The position numbers and the translations under genes were made by a program. From the human T2T-CHM13v2.0 reference genome, Homo sapiens, in NCBI RefSeq assembly GCF_009914755.1, contig NC_060931.1: a stretch of DNA of 64,000 nt; one strand, given 5' to 3'. Positions 61,059-64,000 of the stretch are shown here, one piece after another. Each line of letters begins with the position of its first letter. The first letter of the stretch is position 1. The notes under the pieces were generated by a model that did no database searches, was not told the DNA's origin, and saw nothing but the letters and a program-made list of their open reading frames with translations.

Positions 61059-61769
61059 GTTTAGACCATGCTGTGTTTGAAAACCGTTGTTTGTTCTTGT
61101 GGAAGGGTGTGTGTGTGCTTGTGTGTGTGTGTGCATGCACAACCTCAGTTGCTCACTGAAGATTGGGAATGAAAATGCAGGACATGGTAGATAAAATATG
61201 GATTTTCATCTTCAGGGCACGATGGTGGAGAGATCAACAAAGGAGTCAGCCAAGGACTGCTGAAGCTCCACTTGAGCTTTTCCATTACATAAACTGTGTA
61301 CGGCATCTGGTGTTTATTTTAAGCTGATTAACACAGAATCTGGGAAATACAATCATGCTGGACTGTTGTTTTCTGATTTTGTCCTAGAGACAAAGGGCCA
61401 CTCCACACTCCTGTGATATGGGTGGAGCTTCCCTTGAAAGGAATGGATCTTCTTACCCTCAGTTACCCAAGGAAGAGGAAGACTTCCATCTGAGGCAGAG
61501 CAATGGGGACTTGGAGGAAAGTTTTTGCTCTGTGGGTTTCTAGATAGTGGGACTAGACTCCAAGCAGGGCAGGCACAGCAATGTTACACCCCGGGACTGA
61601 CCTTTGTCCGGGACCACTCCTCATCTGAAAGTTTCATCAGCAGTATCCCACCCTCTAACTCGAACTCCCCATTTTCCAACTCCCATGCTTTCTCACTCCA
61701 TTCTATCTCAAGTCCTCCATTTCCTTGTGCCTTTCTTCCCTCTCAATCTTATGGCTCCTTTTTGGATTC

Positions 61770-62078
61770 ACTCCCTTTCTTTTTCTCTTTTCCCCTTTCC
61801 TTCCCTCATTCCTTCCTTCCTTCCTTCCTTCCTTCATTCCTTCCTTCCCTCCCTTCCTCCTTCCCTCCTTCACTCCTTGCCTCCTTGCATCCCTCCTTGC
61901 CTTCCTCCTTCTCTCTTTTTCTTTCTTCCTTCCTTCCTTCCCTCCCTCCCTCCTTCCTCCCTTCCCTCCTTCCCTCCTTCCCTCCTTGCCTTCCTCCTTC
62001 TCTCTCTCTCTTTTTCTTCCTTCTTTCTTTCCTTCCTTCCTTCCTTCCTTCCTTCCTTCCTTCCTTTCTTTCTTTTTC
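61770..62078 (+). repeat. ~300-bp polypyrimidine (CCTT/CCCT)n tract
   Basis: Almost purine-free on the + strand; occupies the tail position of the adjacent AluJ. Confidence 0.95.
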
Positions 62079-62384
62079 ACAGGGTCTTGCTTTGCCACCC
62101 AGGCTTGAGTGCAGTGGTACAGGAACGGCTCACTGCAGCCTCGACCTCTAGAGCTCAGGTGATTCTCCCATCTCAGTCTCCCAAGCAGCTGGGACCACAG
62201 GTACCGACACCATGCCCGGCTAATTTGTTTGTTTTGTTTTGTGTTTTTCTTTCTTTCTTTTTTTTTTTTAGAGAAGCGGTTTTGCCATGTTGCCCAAGCT
62301 GTTCTCAAACTCATGGGCTCAAGCGATCTGCCCGCCTCGGCCTCCCAAAGTGTTGGGATTACAAGCGTGAGCCACCATGCCCAC
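62079..62384 (-). mobile_element. AluJ
   Basis: CAGGGTCTTGC...GCTCACTGCAGCCTCGACCTC...CATGGGCTCAAGCGATCTGCC. Confidence 0.9.
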
Positions 62385-63584
62385 TTCACTTCTTTCTTTA
62401 ATTAACCTGGATTTCATCATACAATTTTTCAGTGACTCCCTCACTGGTCAATGACTTCATTTCATTTCCAATGTCTTTTGCTTCTCTTACCCTAATAATA
62501 CTCAACCCTGGATAAATCCAGCCATTTGCCTTTTCACTGTCTTTCATCTGACTATGGAGTATTTTTGCAAAAAAGTCACACAGCAAAAATTCATGATTCA
62601 AATTTCAACCTGGCCATATCTCCTTATTCAAAGGGAAAAGAAGCTATCATATGGAATTCTCTGCCTACAGACTTATCTGATTCTGCTTGGTCTTTTTCTC
62701 CTCTTCAATCTTAAAGCAACTGCCTCCCTGTCCTCCTGTGCAAGAGTTTGGCTCCTCTACTGACAACTTGGATCCTGGTCCCTCCCTGTTTACATGGACT
62801 TGCTCTGTCTTTAATTCCTTCCTGTTTACCTTTGATTCCTTCCTGCTTATCTTTATCTTCTTTATCTCTGTTACCTCTTTCTCCTGAGCATAGAACTATG
62901 CTCAAATCTTGCCTTGGAAAAATCTCCCTTTTCTACAATGTATCAATATTGTTTAATATTTTAAATTTGCATTCCTCATTGACGAGTTCTATCTTGCGTT
63001 TATTGCATGGAAACTAAGATGTTCTCTAAGATGTTCAAGTATTTCTAGACAGAATAAAACATAAGAAACAACCTAAATGTCTGTCAATAGAGGTTTGGTT
63101 AAATAGATTTTGTTAAATATAAATATATTTGTATGCCTTCATACAAACAGAATGCTACAGGTCCAGTAAAAAAAGAATAGGATTAATCTCTGTATCCACT
63201 GACATAGAAAGAGACACACTTTTAGGCAAAAGGGGCCAGTTGAGGGACATATACAGATTCAATTTTTATAAACTTTAATTAAATACACACATACAAATGC
63301 TAGTGTCTTTTTAGCAGGCAAATCTCACATGCCACAAAGTTATGTGTAAATCAAATGTATTTTTTCTTTATTTTTCTATAGCTAAACCTAATTTCTTACA
63401 TGTCCTTTCTGCCTAGTGACATAAACCTATTCTGAGTCAATTCAGGTTAAATTTAACTAATTCAGAGTATTCTCAGTTAATATAAATCTTGTCTCCTTTC
63501 CTTTCTCTGCAGAGAAGCAACTGGTTTTTAGGGGAGCTTATGTTGTTTCCAGGAAAGGGGATATCAATACTCAGTTGCCAGCCT

Positions 63585-64000
63585 GTTCATTCATTCACAT
63601 AGTCAATCAACAATTTTTGATTGTGTATCATATGTCAATCATTGTTCTAAGTTTCTAGAAATACAGCAATGAACAAAGCAGTAAAATCACAGCAGAAGCA
63701 GCAAGAACATCCTGACTTCATAAAGCTTAATTTCTGTTGGGTACAGACATACAATAAAATAATAAGTAAAGTATGTAGTATATTGGGTAAGTGTTTTGGA
63801 TACAAATTAAGAAAAGGGGACAGGGAGGCTAGGGCAAGGGATGTTGCTGCTTTAACAAGGCTGATCAGGGAAACTCATCCTGATCAGGCGACCTTTGAGC
63901 AGAGAGCAGAAGGAGGTGAGGGCAGCAGCCATAGATGTGTGGGGGAAGAGGATTCCAGGTAGAGGAAAGAGCTACATTTGCTCTCTTATTCAAGCATGAA
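63585..64000 (-). mobile_element. L2 3' end
   Basis: TTCATTCATTCA..CAACAATTTTTGATTG...ATACAGCAATGAACAAAGCAG...GCGACCTTTGAGCAGAGAGCAGAAGGAGGTGAG. Confidence 0.8.

Noticed and set aside
61525-62401. Longest non-L1 ORFs (208, 265 and 228 aa)
   Set aside because: Stop-free only because they cross the (CCTT)n tract and an Alu; low-complexity PSFL/EGRK translations

Overview
Primate (human-like) nuclear DNA, AT-rich and CpG-poor, with no CpG island and no supportable host protein-coding exon; it reads as intergenic or deep-intronic sequence. About half is recognisable interspersed repeat: roughly 16 Alu/FLAM/FAM elements (J, S and Y types, many with readable target-site duplications), a 4.3 kb 5'-truncated, frameshifted L1PA element (21093-25390, the source of the only ORFs with clear protein homology), older L1M, L2, CR1/L3 and MIR relics, MaLR/ERV solo LTRs (THE1, MST, MLT1, LTR16-like), DNA transposons (Tigger3, MER58, MER5, MADE1), a full-length processed 7SL RNA pseudogene (34983-35279, minus strand), microsatellites and a ~300 bp (CCTT)n tract. 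I found no evidence for a new multi-gene biological system. The best leads are small: a perfect MADE1 hairpin (miR-548/SETMAR-type substrate), a solitary Alu left monomer with its own TSD, an Alu insertion that reused an older Alu's target site, several repeat-free motif clusters that look like enhancers, and a few minus-strand exon-like splice-signal pairs. Repeat subfamily names come from recalled consensus sequences and need RepeatMasker/Dfam confirmation. Boundaries of old repeats are approximate. I could not identify the locus.
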